NCBI GenBank assembly: GCA_963575745.1
Contig: CAUYUJ010000107.1
Coordinates: forward strand, 1 to 64,000
Reading direction: 5' to 3'
From: Prorocentrum cordatum
Lineage: Eukaryota
Length of the DNA stretch: 64,000 nt
A program made the position numbers and the translations under genes. This document shows, one piece after another, positions 45,001 through 56,939 of the stretch (position 1 is its first letter; each line of letters begins with the position of its first letter). Below the pieces are notes generated by a model that was not told the origin of the DNA, did no database searches, and was given only the letters and a program-made list of their open reading frames with translations.

Positions 45001-48000
45001 AGGTACTCTCAGAAATACGCAGATAAATACGGGGAGGCGAAGTTCATCCCGCAGGCAGTGCAGGATGCGGTACAACAGCTAGAAGGGGCCAAAGGCTCCA
45101 TCGTTCAAGACAAAGTGGCGACGCCCCCAGAGCCGGCAAAACCGGTAGAGGACTTCGTCTCCGCATTGAGCCCGTCCTATATCGTCGCTGAGCGGAGCAC
45201 CAACTGCCAGTCAAACATCTCGGAGAATTACAAGTCCGTGTTTGCAAGGTTCGGCGATGTCCACATCCAGAGCGGGACGGACCTGACCAACCAACATACC
45301 GCGTGGTACTTGGGCATGGCCTTCCCTTTTACGCTGCCGCGTGCTGTTGGCGGATACGACGTCCCGAACCAACCGCGCTGGCGTCGTCCGGAGACGAGGG
45401 ATCTCCCAGCTCCTCGTGGGCTTCTGCACAGTTGGCTCGAACCGACAGTGGGCTTGGCCCAGCGGAAACTACCGAGCGCGCATTTTGCAATAGGGCCAGC
45501 GTCCACGGTGAAGTTGTTTGACCTCACGCGCGGCTTGCCGCAGCGGATAGAGGGACAGTTCCGACGCACTTGGGGCTTCGCGCCGGCGTTGTGGAATCTA
45601 TATTTTCGAGAGCGCGTCAATCTCGGGGCAAGTCTTAGCATCAAGCGAGGGGAACGGTTGCAAGGCCAAAGCACCGACAGCGTCGAGACCGACGCTGCCA
45701 TTGCCGCTGCGGATTTACTGCAGAAGCTCGAGAAGGGCTACTACACGTTACCCGACGGCAGACGCCGCAATATCAACAACGATGCCAGTAAGCTGATGTT
45801 TGCCGTCGGCCTCGGCAACCTGCAGCGGCGGCTCTTGGCTGACTTCCGCTCTCGATGCCGCGCCATTCCAGGCGCGCAGGAGATTAGGACGAAGATTGGG
45901 CACCTGGGGACCTGGGCGTGCGTCAACTACGGGAATGGCATATTCTGTACCATTTCCCCGGGAGAGCGGCACAATTATCTAGCGCTCGGGCTCAGCAGGT
46001 ACCGCCAGGACGATCCTTTCGTTGCAGGCGAGAACAGGAGGCAGAAGTGGGCAAAGAGCGATTCGCCGAGCCTGGAGCCGTCGCCAGAGGACGCCTTTGA
46101 GGTCAATATTCCCGGGTATGACACGCGGCGTTTGTCCCTCGCGGAAGATCCCTTGGCCGCCTCTAGCGCATTCTTCGTGCAGATCCGCACGGTCTTGGCG
46201 ACGATGCTCGGAGTGCGGATGTGCCCTCGCTGTCCGCAGTGCTCCGAATCTGCATCGCCGTGCCAGGGCGCCCTCGGCAGCAATGCGGAAGCCATGGGAG
46301 GCATTGCCGGGCGCGTGGACGCTTTGTTCGGCGCCGTGGAGGCGCAGAAAACGACGGGGGGGCTGCGCTACCATGTTTTCATGTTCGTGCAGCGCTTGCA
46401 CCAGTTCGCCACGCTGAAGGAGATCGCAGAGAAGATTGAGAAAGGACTCGTGAATGCGGTGGAGCTGAAACATTTCCTCGGGCAAATCTGCTGCGAGAAA
46501 TATCCTGACGCAGAACAATTCGCTAGAGAGAGAAAGTCGATGGAACAGAACTTCCCGACGTACTCTGAATCATCGGAATGTTCCGGTTCGCCGGCATGGG
46601 GGGAGTTCAAGTTGGGTCGAATGCCTCGTTTTCTATATGAGGATGCCGCGACCACGCTGGCCCTGTCCGAGCAAGCGACCCTAGGGAGTGCTCAGGAGTC
46701 TTGCTCTGGTAACGACGGTGCAAATTTCAAGGGGAAATTCAACGGTGCGCTGCAGCATTTCATGAGTCGGTGCCAGCACCATATACACCGACTGGTTGTA
46801 GACCCCAAGACCAAGCAAGAGAAGCGTTTGGTGCCCAACGCATGCGCCTCCAAAAAGAATAAGCGAGAGTGCAAGCACGAGGCGCCGTGGACCAACAGAG
46901 TATCCCCCGAGTGGATGGCGACGCCGCTGCTGGTTTGCAAGGGCATTGCCAAGAAGTTCACGCTCCGCACGAGCGGCGTCCGAAATTGGCTGGGGCAAAC
47001 TCTCGGCTTGCGCAATGAGGAGTGGTTGAACGGGTGCATGCTGGTCCTCTGCGTCGCCTTTGCAGGGAGCAACAGCGGCGTGAAACCCAGCGACCGATTG
47101 CCGATCATCGAACAGACGCACGAGTCTTGCTGCACGAAGAAGCGCTGCACCATGAAGAAGCAAGGTCTCAGAAGAGCCACGCGAGCAATTCAGCGTACGC
47201 AGGTAGTGACGAATGGCTATCTCGGGGGATGCATTGGCAAGCGACAGCCCGCGGGCACTCTGGAGACGAAGAAATGCGTCGACAACCTGTTTACCTTGAG
47301 GGCGAAGATACAGGGCAGGGGCAAAGCAGCGCAGCTCAGAGCAAGCAGCGGGAGGCTCATAACGGAACTCGAAATGAACAGCACGTACCGCGGCGCCGTG
47401 GAAGTCTACAACTTGTGTTGCAACCTCGACCAGAGGGACGTTCTGAAGGCATAGTGCATCCGAACGTTTGACTCGCAGGCGATCGAAGGGCGGTCGTGGA
47501 TGAACAGGTTGGAAACGTCCCAGAATTCGTCGCAGATGAAGGACACCAGCGTGACGACGCACGTCCCGCCAGCTCGCAAACCGAGCATGCGGACGGACCG
47601 GTCGAGAGTGAACGAGTTCGACGCCTACGCATATCGCCCCTTGGAGCACCCTTGGAAGTTGTTGTCTGCGTACGAGTTCTTGCGACGATGGCGGTGCGAA
47701 CCACTCCTGGTTCCGACGTACTACTTGAACCGCAACCAGCCAGCGCGAACTGCGTGGACAACAGGAGGTGAACAATTCATCAGGAGCAAGCAGTACAAGG
47801 ATGGGGAAGTCGCCGCGAAGCCTGGGGAGCATTATATAGCAATGAGACCCGAGACCGATGAGTATTTCGTTTTCCCGCATGACGCAGGCGTCTTCTGCCA
47901 CTCATGGGCTCTGGTCAGGAAGGCGAGGCCGGACGTGGTGGTCATCGAAGGCTTGCCGATGCCCAGCGTGAGCAAAAATTCTACCTATAACGCTCAGTAT

Positions 48001-49152
48001 TGCAGCCTCTTTTTCCGCCCTTGGACGCTCTATGGAGGAGACGTGTCTGTGCCTCACCTGAGTATGTTGGGGATGGAGTCAGCGGTGCTGCGGCATTGCC
48101 AGGAGGCCCAGCACCAATCGCCGCCAGTTCGAGCTTCGTGCAGACTGACAAAGAAGACATCGACAACAGGGACGGAATCGGCGCTGGACAGCGTATCCTG
48201 GAAGAGCGCTTGGGACGAGTACGTGCGCGGGAACGTGGTCAGCCAAGCGGCGGCGAAACTCATCCAGAGTTTCCTGTTGAATACGATGGCGTCGTCGGGC
48301 AAGGCGGCAGATGATCAGAGCGAAGCAGACGCGTCGGAGGAAGAGCAAGATCTGCCTCCACTGAAGCTCCCTGGTGGGAAATTTCAACAACTCCTCCAAT
48401 CGGCCAAAGAAGACGACAGCCTCGGCGAGAAGTGGATCGCCTCGGCGAAAGCCAAGGTGAAAGCTTCGGAGAACGGCCGAGCGAAGAAAAGTGTCCGACT
48501 TCACGAGTACGAACAAAGCCATCGCATGGGAGAGCGAGTGTGGAAGACGGAACCATCGGGCGTCGAGGCTAGCGACCGAGCATGCCCGGGAAACATGTTC
48601 GAAGATGCGCACCAGGACCACTTAGCAACTTTAACCGCCGGTGCCACGAGCAAGAAGTCGCACGATGCTCCTTTCGACGAGAAGCGAGATGCTGCGGCTT
48701 CGTTCAACCCTGCAGGAGATGGCCATACCAGCATTGACAAAGCGTTGGCTTCCATCATGGCGAGCTCGAAGATGCCGAACGAGAAACAGCGTGAGATTCT
48801 CGAGCACTCCGTTCGACGTTTGAAGGTGGAGTGGCTCGAGAAGCAACAGGGCAACGTCAACCAGAATTCCGGGGAGCCTCTGCTGGACGTAGTGCACGGT
48901 TTTCCGGGCACCGGGAAAAGCGCCGTCATCGGCTGGATGCGGTATTTAATGGAAGAAGGCCTCGGTTGGGAGCACGGCGTTCAGTTCGTTTGCTTGGCGT
49001 TTCAAAATGCCATTCCGGCGCAGATCAACGGGCACACGGTGCACCACTGGAGCGGCATTCCAGCGCGGAACGACGACGGCAATGCCATAGGCGACAGGCA
49101 CAAGCAGTCCATGAAGCGCGGGGCCCTGCGCGCGATCATCATCGACGAGGTT
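42047..49152 (+). pseudogene. Helitron-like OTU / Zn-finger / HUH Rep / Pif1 helicase gene (3' part), decayed and truncated
   Basis: OTU C-half YLSDIELLALA...HFERL; Cys/His clusters; DUF6570-like VKGNLFSF; Rep motif 1 IFCTISP, motif 2 VEAQKTTGGLRYH, motif 3 YLGGCIGK. In-frame stops at 42052-42054 and 47452-47454, with ORF 47500-49239 in the same frame. Pif1 motifs HGFPGTGKS, LAFQN...INGHTVH and IIIDEV are followed by an abrupt switch to repeat sequence. Confidence 0.88.
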
Positions 49153-49159
49153 CCGAGGG

Positions 49160-49292
49160 CACCGAACGATTCACTCCATGGGGTGAGTCGTTCGTTGCCC
49201 TCATCCTGGTGTGAATCGTTCGGGCTCCTCGTGGTGTGAGTCGTTCGGGCCCCTCGTCCTGTTGTGAGTCGTTCGGGCCCGACCGACTCACG
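49160..49292. repeat. GAGTCGTTCGG hairpin/minisatellite block truncating the Pif1 domain
   Basis: ccgaacgattcactccatggggtgagtcgttcg followed by units identical to those at 1-1445. Confidence 0.85.
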
Positions 49293-49309
49293 CAAGGAGG
49301 AGGAGTCAC

Positions 49310-49870
49310 GGCCTCAACCGTTTCACAATCGATTGCGCAACGGTTAAGCCCCCCCCCCTCTCGCCAGGGGGGGGGCTCAACCGTGTCGCAATCGATTGCG
49401 CAGCGGTCGAGGCCCCCCCCCTGGCGAGAGGGGGGGGACTTAACCGTTTCACAATCGATTGCGCAACGGTTAAGACCCCCCCCCCCTCTCGCCATAGGGG
49501 GGGGGCTTTACCGTTGTCACAATCGATTGCGCAACGGTTGAGGCCCCCCCTGGCGAGAGGGGGGGGCCCCTAACCGTTTCACAATCGATTGCGCAACGGA
49601 AGGCCCCCCCCCTCTCGCCAGGGGGGGGGGGCTTAACGTGTCGCAATCGATTTGCGCAACGGTCAAGGCCCCCCCCCCGGCGAGAAGGGGGAGGCCTTAA
49701 CCGTTTCACAATCGATTGCGCAACGGTCAAGCCCCCCCCCCCTCTCGCCAGGGGTCTTAACCGCTCCGCGATCGACCGCGGAACGGTTGAGACCCCCTAT
49801 CGCGAGGGGGGGGTCTTAACCAGGATTCGATCGATCGCGCAACGGTTAAGACCCCCTCCTCTCGCCAGGG
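49310..49870. repeat. ~61-bp palindromic satellite (AACCGTTTCACAATCGATTGCGCAACGGTT plus C-run/G-run linker)
   Basis: About nine units centred on ATCGAT; linkers alternate between ccccctctcgccagggg and cccctggcgagagggg. Confidence 0.9.
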
Positions 49871-50135
49871 GGGGCTCCAATGGAGCTCTAACATAGCATG
49901 TTTTATTATGTTAGAGCTCCCAGGGAGCTCTAACATAGCAAGTTAGAGTATGTTAGAGCTCCCTGGGAACTCTTAACAGCGTATGTTAGAGCTCCAATGG
50001 AGCTCTAACATAGCATGTTATATTATGTTATAGCTCCCTGGGAGCTCTAACATCGTATGTTAGAGCTCCGTGGGAGCTCTAATATAGCATGTTTGAGTAT
50101 GTTAGAGCTCCCTGGGGGCTCTAACATCGCATGTC
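49871..50135. repeat. GAGCTCTAACAT/ATGTTAGAGCTC palindromic satellite
   Basis: Same family as 53520-64000. Confidence 0.9.
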
Positions 50136-50144
50136 ATACCCCCT

Positions 50145-53100
50145 AACGGTCACATGGCGTTTGCGAAAGAGCCGTGCAGCGTGTGCTATCTGCCTGGCCC
50201 GCGTGTTTGGGCGAAACGCCATGTTCGCAGTGCTATATGTCTGGCCCGCTTCCAACTTGTCTTAGAATGTGTGCCCCCCCTTGGGGCGTGTGCGATCTGC
50301 CTGGTGCGCCCGTGGGAAAGGGGAGCCTGCCCACCCCGCTCTCCCCTACCTCATCTGGCCACGCCTCCTGGCCTCGCTGCCCCCCCCCGGCCACCCCCGG
50401 GGCAGCGTGCTATCTGCCTGGTGCGCCCGTGGGTAGGGGAGGCCTTCTTAGGAGGAGGAGGTGGAGGAGGAGGAGGGGGGTGATGTTCACGAGGAGCACG
50501 AGAGCAGCATGAGGAGGACGAGGATATTTCGAGCGGCGGCGCCGCGGTTGTGAGGATGTCTCGAGCGGCGGCGCCGCAGTTGCGAGGATGTGTCGAGCGG
50601 CGGCGCCGCGGTCGTGAGGATGTCTCGAGCGGCGGCGCCGCGGTTGCGTGGATGCCCCGAGCGGCGGCGCCGCGGTTGCGAGGATGCCCCGAGCGGCGGC
50701 GCCATCCCGCCCCCCCCCCCCAGGGCAGTGTGCTATCTGCTTGGTGCGCGCCCCTGGGGAGGCCGCGGCGCCGCGGTTGCGAGGGTGCCCCGAGCGGCGG
50801 CGCCGCGGTTGCGAGGATGTGTCGAACGGCGGCGCCGCGGTTGTGGGGATGCCTCGAGCGGTGAGCGCCGCGCGGTTGCCGAGGGATGTAATCGAGCGGC
50901 GGACCGATCACGCGGTCGCGAGGATGTCTCGAAGCGGCGGCGCCGCGATTGTGAGGAGTCTCAGCGGCGGCGCCGAGGTCGTTGAAGGATGTCTCAGCGG
51001 CGGCGCCGCGGTGCGTGGTATGCCCCAGAGCGGCGGCGCCGCGTTTCCGAGGATGGCCCCGAGCGGCGGCGCCATTCCGCCCCCCCCGCCTTCCCCCCCC
51101 CCGGGCAGTGTTGCCATATGCCCTGGCGCGCCGACCAATGGGGAGGCCGCGGCGCCGGGTCGTGCTCGGGGATGTCTCGAGCGGCGGCGCCGCGGGTTGT
51201 GACGAGGATGCGATCGATAAATGGCTGGCGCCGCGGTTGTGGGCGGCCTCTCCTGGGACAAGGGGCCCAGGAGGGCCCAGGCGTGTGCTATCTGTCTGGC
51301 CCGCTCCAATCATCCTCCCCCTCCTCCTCCTCCACCTCCTCCTCCTCTTCCTCCTCCTCTTTCTCCTCTCTCTCTCTCCCCCTCCCCCTCCTCCTCCTCC
51401 GCCTCCTCATCGCCTTCATCCACGCCGGTTGTGAGGATGTCCCGAGCGGCGGCGCCGCGGTTGCGAGGGTGCCCCGAGCGGCGGCGCCGCGGTTGCGAGG
51501 ATGTGTCGAACGGCGGCGCCGCGATTGCGAAGATGTTTCGAGCGGCGGCGCCGCGGTTGCGAGGGTGCGTCGAGCAGCGGCGCCGCGGCTGCGAGGATGT
51601 CTCGAGCGGCGGCGCCGCGATTGTGAGGATGTCTCGAGCGGCGGCGCCGCGGCTGCGAGGATGTCTCGAGCGGCGGCGCCATGCCTTCCCCCCGCCTTGC
51701 CTCCTCTTGAGCGCGTGCCATCTGAAGTTTCCTCTCTGTGCTGTCCCTCTGGACTGTCCTCGGGTGAGGACACGCGCTCTATCTGATATGCACAGGTTCG
51801 GGGGTCTGGGGGTCATGCGGTGCCATGTGTTCTGGCTGCTTCTGCGCTCCATCTGATCGTTAGGGAGTAACGGTCACATGGCGTTTGCGAAAGAGCCGTG
51901 CAGCGTGTGCTATCTGCCTGGCCCGCGTGTTTGGGCGAAACGCCATGTTCGCAGTGCTGTCTGTCTGGCCCGCTTCCAACTTGTCTTAGAATGTGCGCCC
52001 CCCCTCGGGGCGTGTGCTATCTGCCTGGTGCGCCCGTGGGAAAGGGGAGCCTGCCCACCCCGCCCCCCCCTACCTCATCTGGCCACGCCCCCTGGCCTCG
52101 CTGCCCCCCACGGCCACGCCCGGGGCAGTGTGCTATCTGCCTGGTGCGCCCGTGGGTAGGGGGGGGCTTCTTAGGAGGAGGAGGTGGGGGAGGATGAGGA
52201 GGGTGATGTTCACGAGGAGCACGAGAGCAGCATGAGGAGGACGAGGATACTTCGAGCGGCGGCGCCGCGGTTGTGAGGATGTCTCGAGCGGCGGCGCCCG
52301 GTTGCGTGGATGCCCCGAGCGGCGGCGCCGCGGTTGCGAGGATGCCCCGAGCGGCGGCGCATCCGCCCCCCATCGGCCCCCCCCCCCCCCCCCCCCCGGG
52401 CAGTGTGCTATCTGCCTGGTGCGCGCCCCTGGGGAGGCCGCGGCGCCGCGGTTGCGAGGATGCCCCGAGCGGCGGCGCCGCGGTTGCGAGGGTGTGTCGA
52501 ACGGCGGCGCCGCGGTTGTGGGGATGTCTCGAGCGGCGGCGCCGCGGTTGCGAGGATGCATCGAGCGGCGGCGCCGCGGTTGCGAGGATGTCTCGAGCGG
52601 CGGCGCCGCGATTGTGAGGATGTCTCGAGCGGCGGCGCCGCGGTCGTGAGGATGTCTCGAGCGGCGGCGAGGCGGTTGCGTGGATGCCCCGAGCGGCGGC
52701 GCCGCGTTTGCGAGGATGCCCCGAGCGGCGGCGCCATCCCGCCCCCCCGCCTCCCCACACCCCCCCCCCAGACCGTGCGTGATATCTGCTGGCGCGCGCC
52801 ACTGGGGGAGGCGCGGCGCCGCGGTCGTGGGGGTTTGATCTCGAGCGGCGGCGCGCGTTGTGCGCAGATGGTTCGAATGGCGGGCGCCGCGGTTGTGGGC
52901 GCTCTCTGGGCCACCAAGGGGGACCAGAGGGCCCAGGCGTCGGGTGCTATCTGTTCTGGCCCGCTCCCCTCCTCCTCCTCCACCTCCTCCTCCTCTTCCT
53001 CCTCCTCTTTCTTCTCTCTCTCCCCCTCCTCCTCCTCCTCCTCCTCCCCCTCCTCCTCCTCGTCGCCTTCATCCACGCCGGTTGTGAGGATGTCCCGAGC

Positions 53101-53515
53101 GGCGGCGCCGCGGTTGCGAGGGTGCCCCGAGCGGCGGCGCCGCGGTTGCGAGGATGCCCCGAGCGGCGGCTCCGCGATTGCGAAGATGTTTTGAGCGGCG
53201 GCGCCGCGGTTGCGAGGATGCATCGAGCGGCGGCGCCGCGACTGCGAGGATGTCTCGAGCGGCGGCGCCGCGATTGTGAGGATGTCTCGAGCGGCGGCAC
53301 CGCGGTTGCGAGGATGTCTCGAGCGGCGGCGCCATGCCTCCCCCCCGCCTTGCCTCCTCTTGAGCGCGTGCCATCTGAAGTTTCCTCTCTGTGCTGCCCC
53401 TCTGGACTGTCCTCGGGCGGGGGCGCGCGCTCAATCTGATATGCACAGGTTCGGGGGTCTGGGGGTCATGCGGTGCCATGTGTTCTGGCTGCTTCTGCGC
53501 TCCATCTGATCGTTC
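50145..53515. repeat. Two tandem ~1.7-kb units (50145-51865, 51869-53515) containing a 32-bp GAGCGGCGGCGCCGCGGTTGCGAGGATGTCTC minisatellite
   Basis: Both units start aacggtcacatggcgtttgcgaaagagcc and end gcttctgcgctccatctgatcgtt. Confidence 0.92.
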
Positions 53516-53519
53516 GGGA

Positions 53520-56285
53520 GTATGCAGCTCCGTGGGAGCTCTAACATGGCATGTTAGAGCTCCATGGGAGAACTAACATGCCATGGTAGAGCTCCCACGG
53601 GAGCTCTAACATAGCATGTTAGAGCTCCACGGGAGCTCTAACATCCTATGTTAGAGCTCCCAGGGAGATCTAGCATAGCTTGTTCGAGATCCCAGGGAGC
53701 TCTAACATGCCATGTTAGAGCTCCCTGGGAGCTCTAACATGGCACGTGATACCATGTTAGAGCTCCCAGCGAGCTCTAACATGCTATGCTAGAGCTCCCA
53801 GGGAGCTCTAACATGCCTAACATGGCACGTGATTGCCATGTTAGAGCTCCCTGGGAGCTCTAACATCGCATGTTAGAGCTCCAATGGAGATCTAACATAG
53901 CATGCTATAGTATGTTAGAGCTCCCTGGGAGCTCTAACATCGTATGTTAGAGCTCCGTGGGAGCTCTAACATGCTATGTTAGAGCTCCCAGGGAGCTCTA
54001 ACATAGCAAGTTAGAGTATGTTAGAGCTCCCTGGGAGCTCTAACATGCTATGTTAGAGCTCCAACGGGGCTTAACATCCATGTGAGAGGCTCCACGGAAG
54101 ACTTAACAATAGTATGTTGAGCTCCAATGAGGCCTTCTAACATAGCGAACAATCGTATGTTAGAGCTCCGTGGGAGCTCTAACATGCTACTTAGAGCTCC
54201 CATGGGGGCCGTCGAACAATAGCAAGTTAGAGTATGTTAGAGCTCCCTGGGAGCTCTAAATATAACAGGCTTAGAGCTCCCAGGGATTGTTCTTGTCTAA
54301 CATCTACATGGGAAAATGCTATGGTTAGAGCTCCCAGGGAGCTCTAACATACTCGAACATGCTATGTTAGAGCTCCGTTGGGCTCTAACATACCATGTTA
54401 GAGCTCCCAGGGAGATCCCACTGAGCTCTAACATGCAATGTTAAAGCCCCGTTGGGTCCCGGTATTTTAGAGCTGCCAGGGAGCTCTAACATGGGAGCTC
54501 TAATATAGCATGTTAGAGCTCCCTGGGAGCTCTAACATACTCGAACGTGCTATGGTTCGAGCCCGTTGTGAGCTCTCACAAGCAATGTTAGGAGCTCCCA
54601 CGGGCTCTAGCATACCATGTTAGAGCTCCCAGGGAGCTCTAACATACTGGAGCATGCTGGGTTAGAGCTCCGTTGGAGCTCTAACATACTCGAACATGCT
54701 ATGCTAGAGCTCCGTTGGAGCACTAACAAGCCATGTTAGAGCCCCCACGGAGCTCTAACATACCATGTTAGATCTCCCAGGGAGCTCTAACATACTGGCA
54801 CATGCTATGTTAGAGCTCCGTTGGAGCTCTAACATACCATGTTAGAGCTCCCACGGAGCTCCCACGGAGCTGACAACATGATATATTAAAGCTCCGTTGG
54901 AGCTCGGTATGTTAGAGCTCCCAGGGAGCTCTAACATGGGAGCTCAAACATAGCATGTTAGAGCTCCCAAGGAACTCTAACATACTCGAACATGCTATGT
55001 TAGAGCTCCGTTGGAGCTCTAACATACCATGTTAGGAGCCCCCACGGAGCTCTAACATGCCATGTTAGAGCTCCCAGGGAGCTCTAACATACTCGAACAT
55101 GCTATGTTACAGCTCCGTTGGAGCTCTAACAAGCCATGTTAGAGCTCCGTTGGAGCTCTAACATACCATGTTAGAGCTCCCAGGGAGCTCCCACTGAGCT
55201 CTAGCATGCTATGTTAAAGCTCCGTTGGAGCTCGGTATTTTAGAGCTCACAGGGAGCTCTAACATGGGAGCTCTAATATAGCATGTTAGAGCTCCCTGGG
55301 AGCTCTAACATAATCGAACATGCTATGTTAGAGTTCCGTTGGAGCTCGACCAAGCCATGTTAGAGCTCCCGCGGAGCTCTAACATACCATGTTAGAACTC
55401 CCAGGGAGCTCTAACGTACTCGAACATACCATGGTAGAGCTCCCAATGAGCTCTCACTGAGCTCTAGCGTGCTATGTTAAAGCTCCGTTGGAGCTCGGTA
55501 TTTTAAAGCTCCCAGGGAGCTCTAGCATGGGAGCTCTAACATACCATGTTAGAGCTCCCAGGGGGCTCCAACATACTCGAACATGCCATGTTAGATCACC
55601 CAGGGAGCCCTAACATACTGGAGCATGCGATGTTAGAGCTCCGTCGGAGCTCTAACATGTCATATTAGAGCTCCCACGGAGCTCTAACATACCATGTTAG
55701 AGCTCCCATGGGAGCTCTAACATACTCGAACATGCATGTTAGAGCTCCGTTGGAGCTCTAACAAGCCATGTTAGAGCTCCCACGGAGCTCTAACATACCA
55801 TGTTAGAGCTCCCAGGGAGCTCTAACATACTGGAACATGGCATGTTAGAGCTCCCAGGGAGCTCCCACGGAGCTCTAGCATGATATGTTAAAGCTCCGTT
55901 GGAGCTCGGTATGTTAGAGATCCCATGGGAGCTCTAACATGGGAGCTCTAACATAGCACGTTAGAGCTTCCAAGGGGCTCCAACATACTCGAACATGCTA
56001 TGTGAGAGCTCCGTTGGAGCTCTAACAAGCCATGTTACGAGCTCCCACGGAGCTCTAACATACCATGTTAGAGCTCCCAGGGAGCTCTAACATACTGGAA
56101 CATGATATGTTCGAGCTCCGTTGGAGCTCTAACATACCATGTTAGAGCTCCCACGGAGCTCTAACATACCATGTTAGAGCTCCCAGGGAGCCCTAACATA
56201 GTCGAACATGCTATGTTAGAGCTCCGTTGGAGCTCTAACAAGCCATGTTAGAGCTCCCACGGAGCTCTAACATACTGGAACATGC
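53520..56285. repeat. GAGCTC (SacI-site) palindromic satellite
   Basis: Continuous gagctctaacat-N-atgttagagctc units with cc[a/t]gg, cgttg and ccacg spacers. Confidence 0.97.
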
Positions 56286-56514
56286 TGATGGTATGGACGG
56301 TGATGATGATGATGATGATGGTGATGATGATGGGGATGGTGATGATGGTGTGGTGAGGGCGGTTGTGATGGTGATGATGGTGATGGTGATGATGGTGATT
56401 CTGGATGTGATGAGCACCACCATCTCACCATCACCATCGTCACCACTATCAGCACTACGATTTGATAACCACCACCATTACAATCGCCGTCGGCATCCAG
56501 ACGCAAAAACACTA

Positions 56515-56912
56515 GGGGGGGGGGCTTAACCAACGAAATAAGGGTGTCTTAACCGCTCCGCGATCGATCGCGGAACGGTTAAGACCCCCTATCGCGAGGA
56601 GGGGGTTCTTAACCAGGATCCGATCGATGAGCGCACGGTGAGACCCCCCTCACTCGCCAGGGGGTCTTGCCTTAACAGTTGCCGCAATCGATATGTTGCG
56701 ACCACGGGTTAAGGCCCACCCTAGGCGACGAGGGGGGGGGGGGCCTCCACCGTGCGCAATCGCATTGCGACGCGTTAAGCCACCCCCCCCCACCTCTCGC
56801 CAGGGGGGGGGCCTTAACCGTCGCGCGCAATCGATTGCGGCGCGGCTAAGCCCACCCCTGGCGAGAAGGGGGGGTCTTAACCCTTGCGCAATTTATTGTG
56901 AAACGGTTAAGG
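56515..56912. repeat. Degenerate second block of the ATCGAT-centred palindromic satellite
   Basis: cttaaccgctccgcgatcgatcgcggaacggttaagaccccctatcgcgagg matches ~49755-49810. Confidence 0.85.
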
Positions 56913-56939
56913 GGCGGCGGCGGCGGCGGTGGCGGCGGG

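Larger units (their letters stand above)
1590..49152 (+). mobile_element. Putative giant multi-gene Helitron-like element or array (termini not identified)
   Basis: Co-oriented, apparently intron-less helicase, ZnF-helical, RPA-like and OTU-Rep-Pif1 genes, each preceded by related leader sequence. No clear 5'-TC / hairpin-CTRR-3' ends were found. Confidence 0.55.

Noticed and set aside
6236..47454. Stop-codon readthrough or an alternative genetic code (in-frame TAG 6236, TGA 42052, TAG 47452)
   Set aside because: The stops appear to replace different residues (plausibly Q, W and E) and co-occur with frameshifts and broken catalytic motifs. Ordinary decay or sequencing error is simpler.
42666..47901. 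Long minus-strand ORFs (42666-43802, 46681-47901)
   Set aside because: Antisense shadows of the GC-rich Rep-helicase gene.
49310..49870. Palindromic ~30-bp repeat with ~30-bp spacers resembling a CRISPR array
   Set aside because: The spacers are the same C/G-run sequence in alternating orientation, not unique sequences.
50154..53576. Many overlapping Arg/Ala/Pro-rich ORFs
   Set aside because: They arise from a stop-free 32-bp GC-rich repeat open in most frames.
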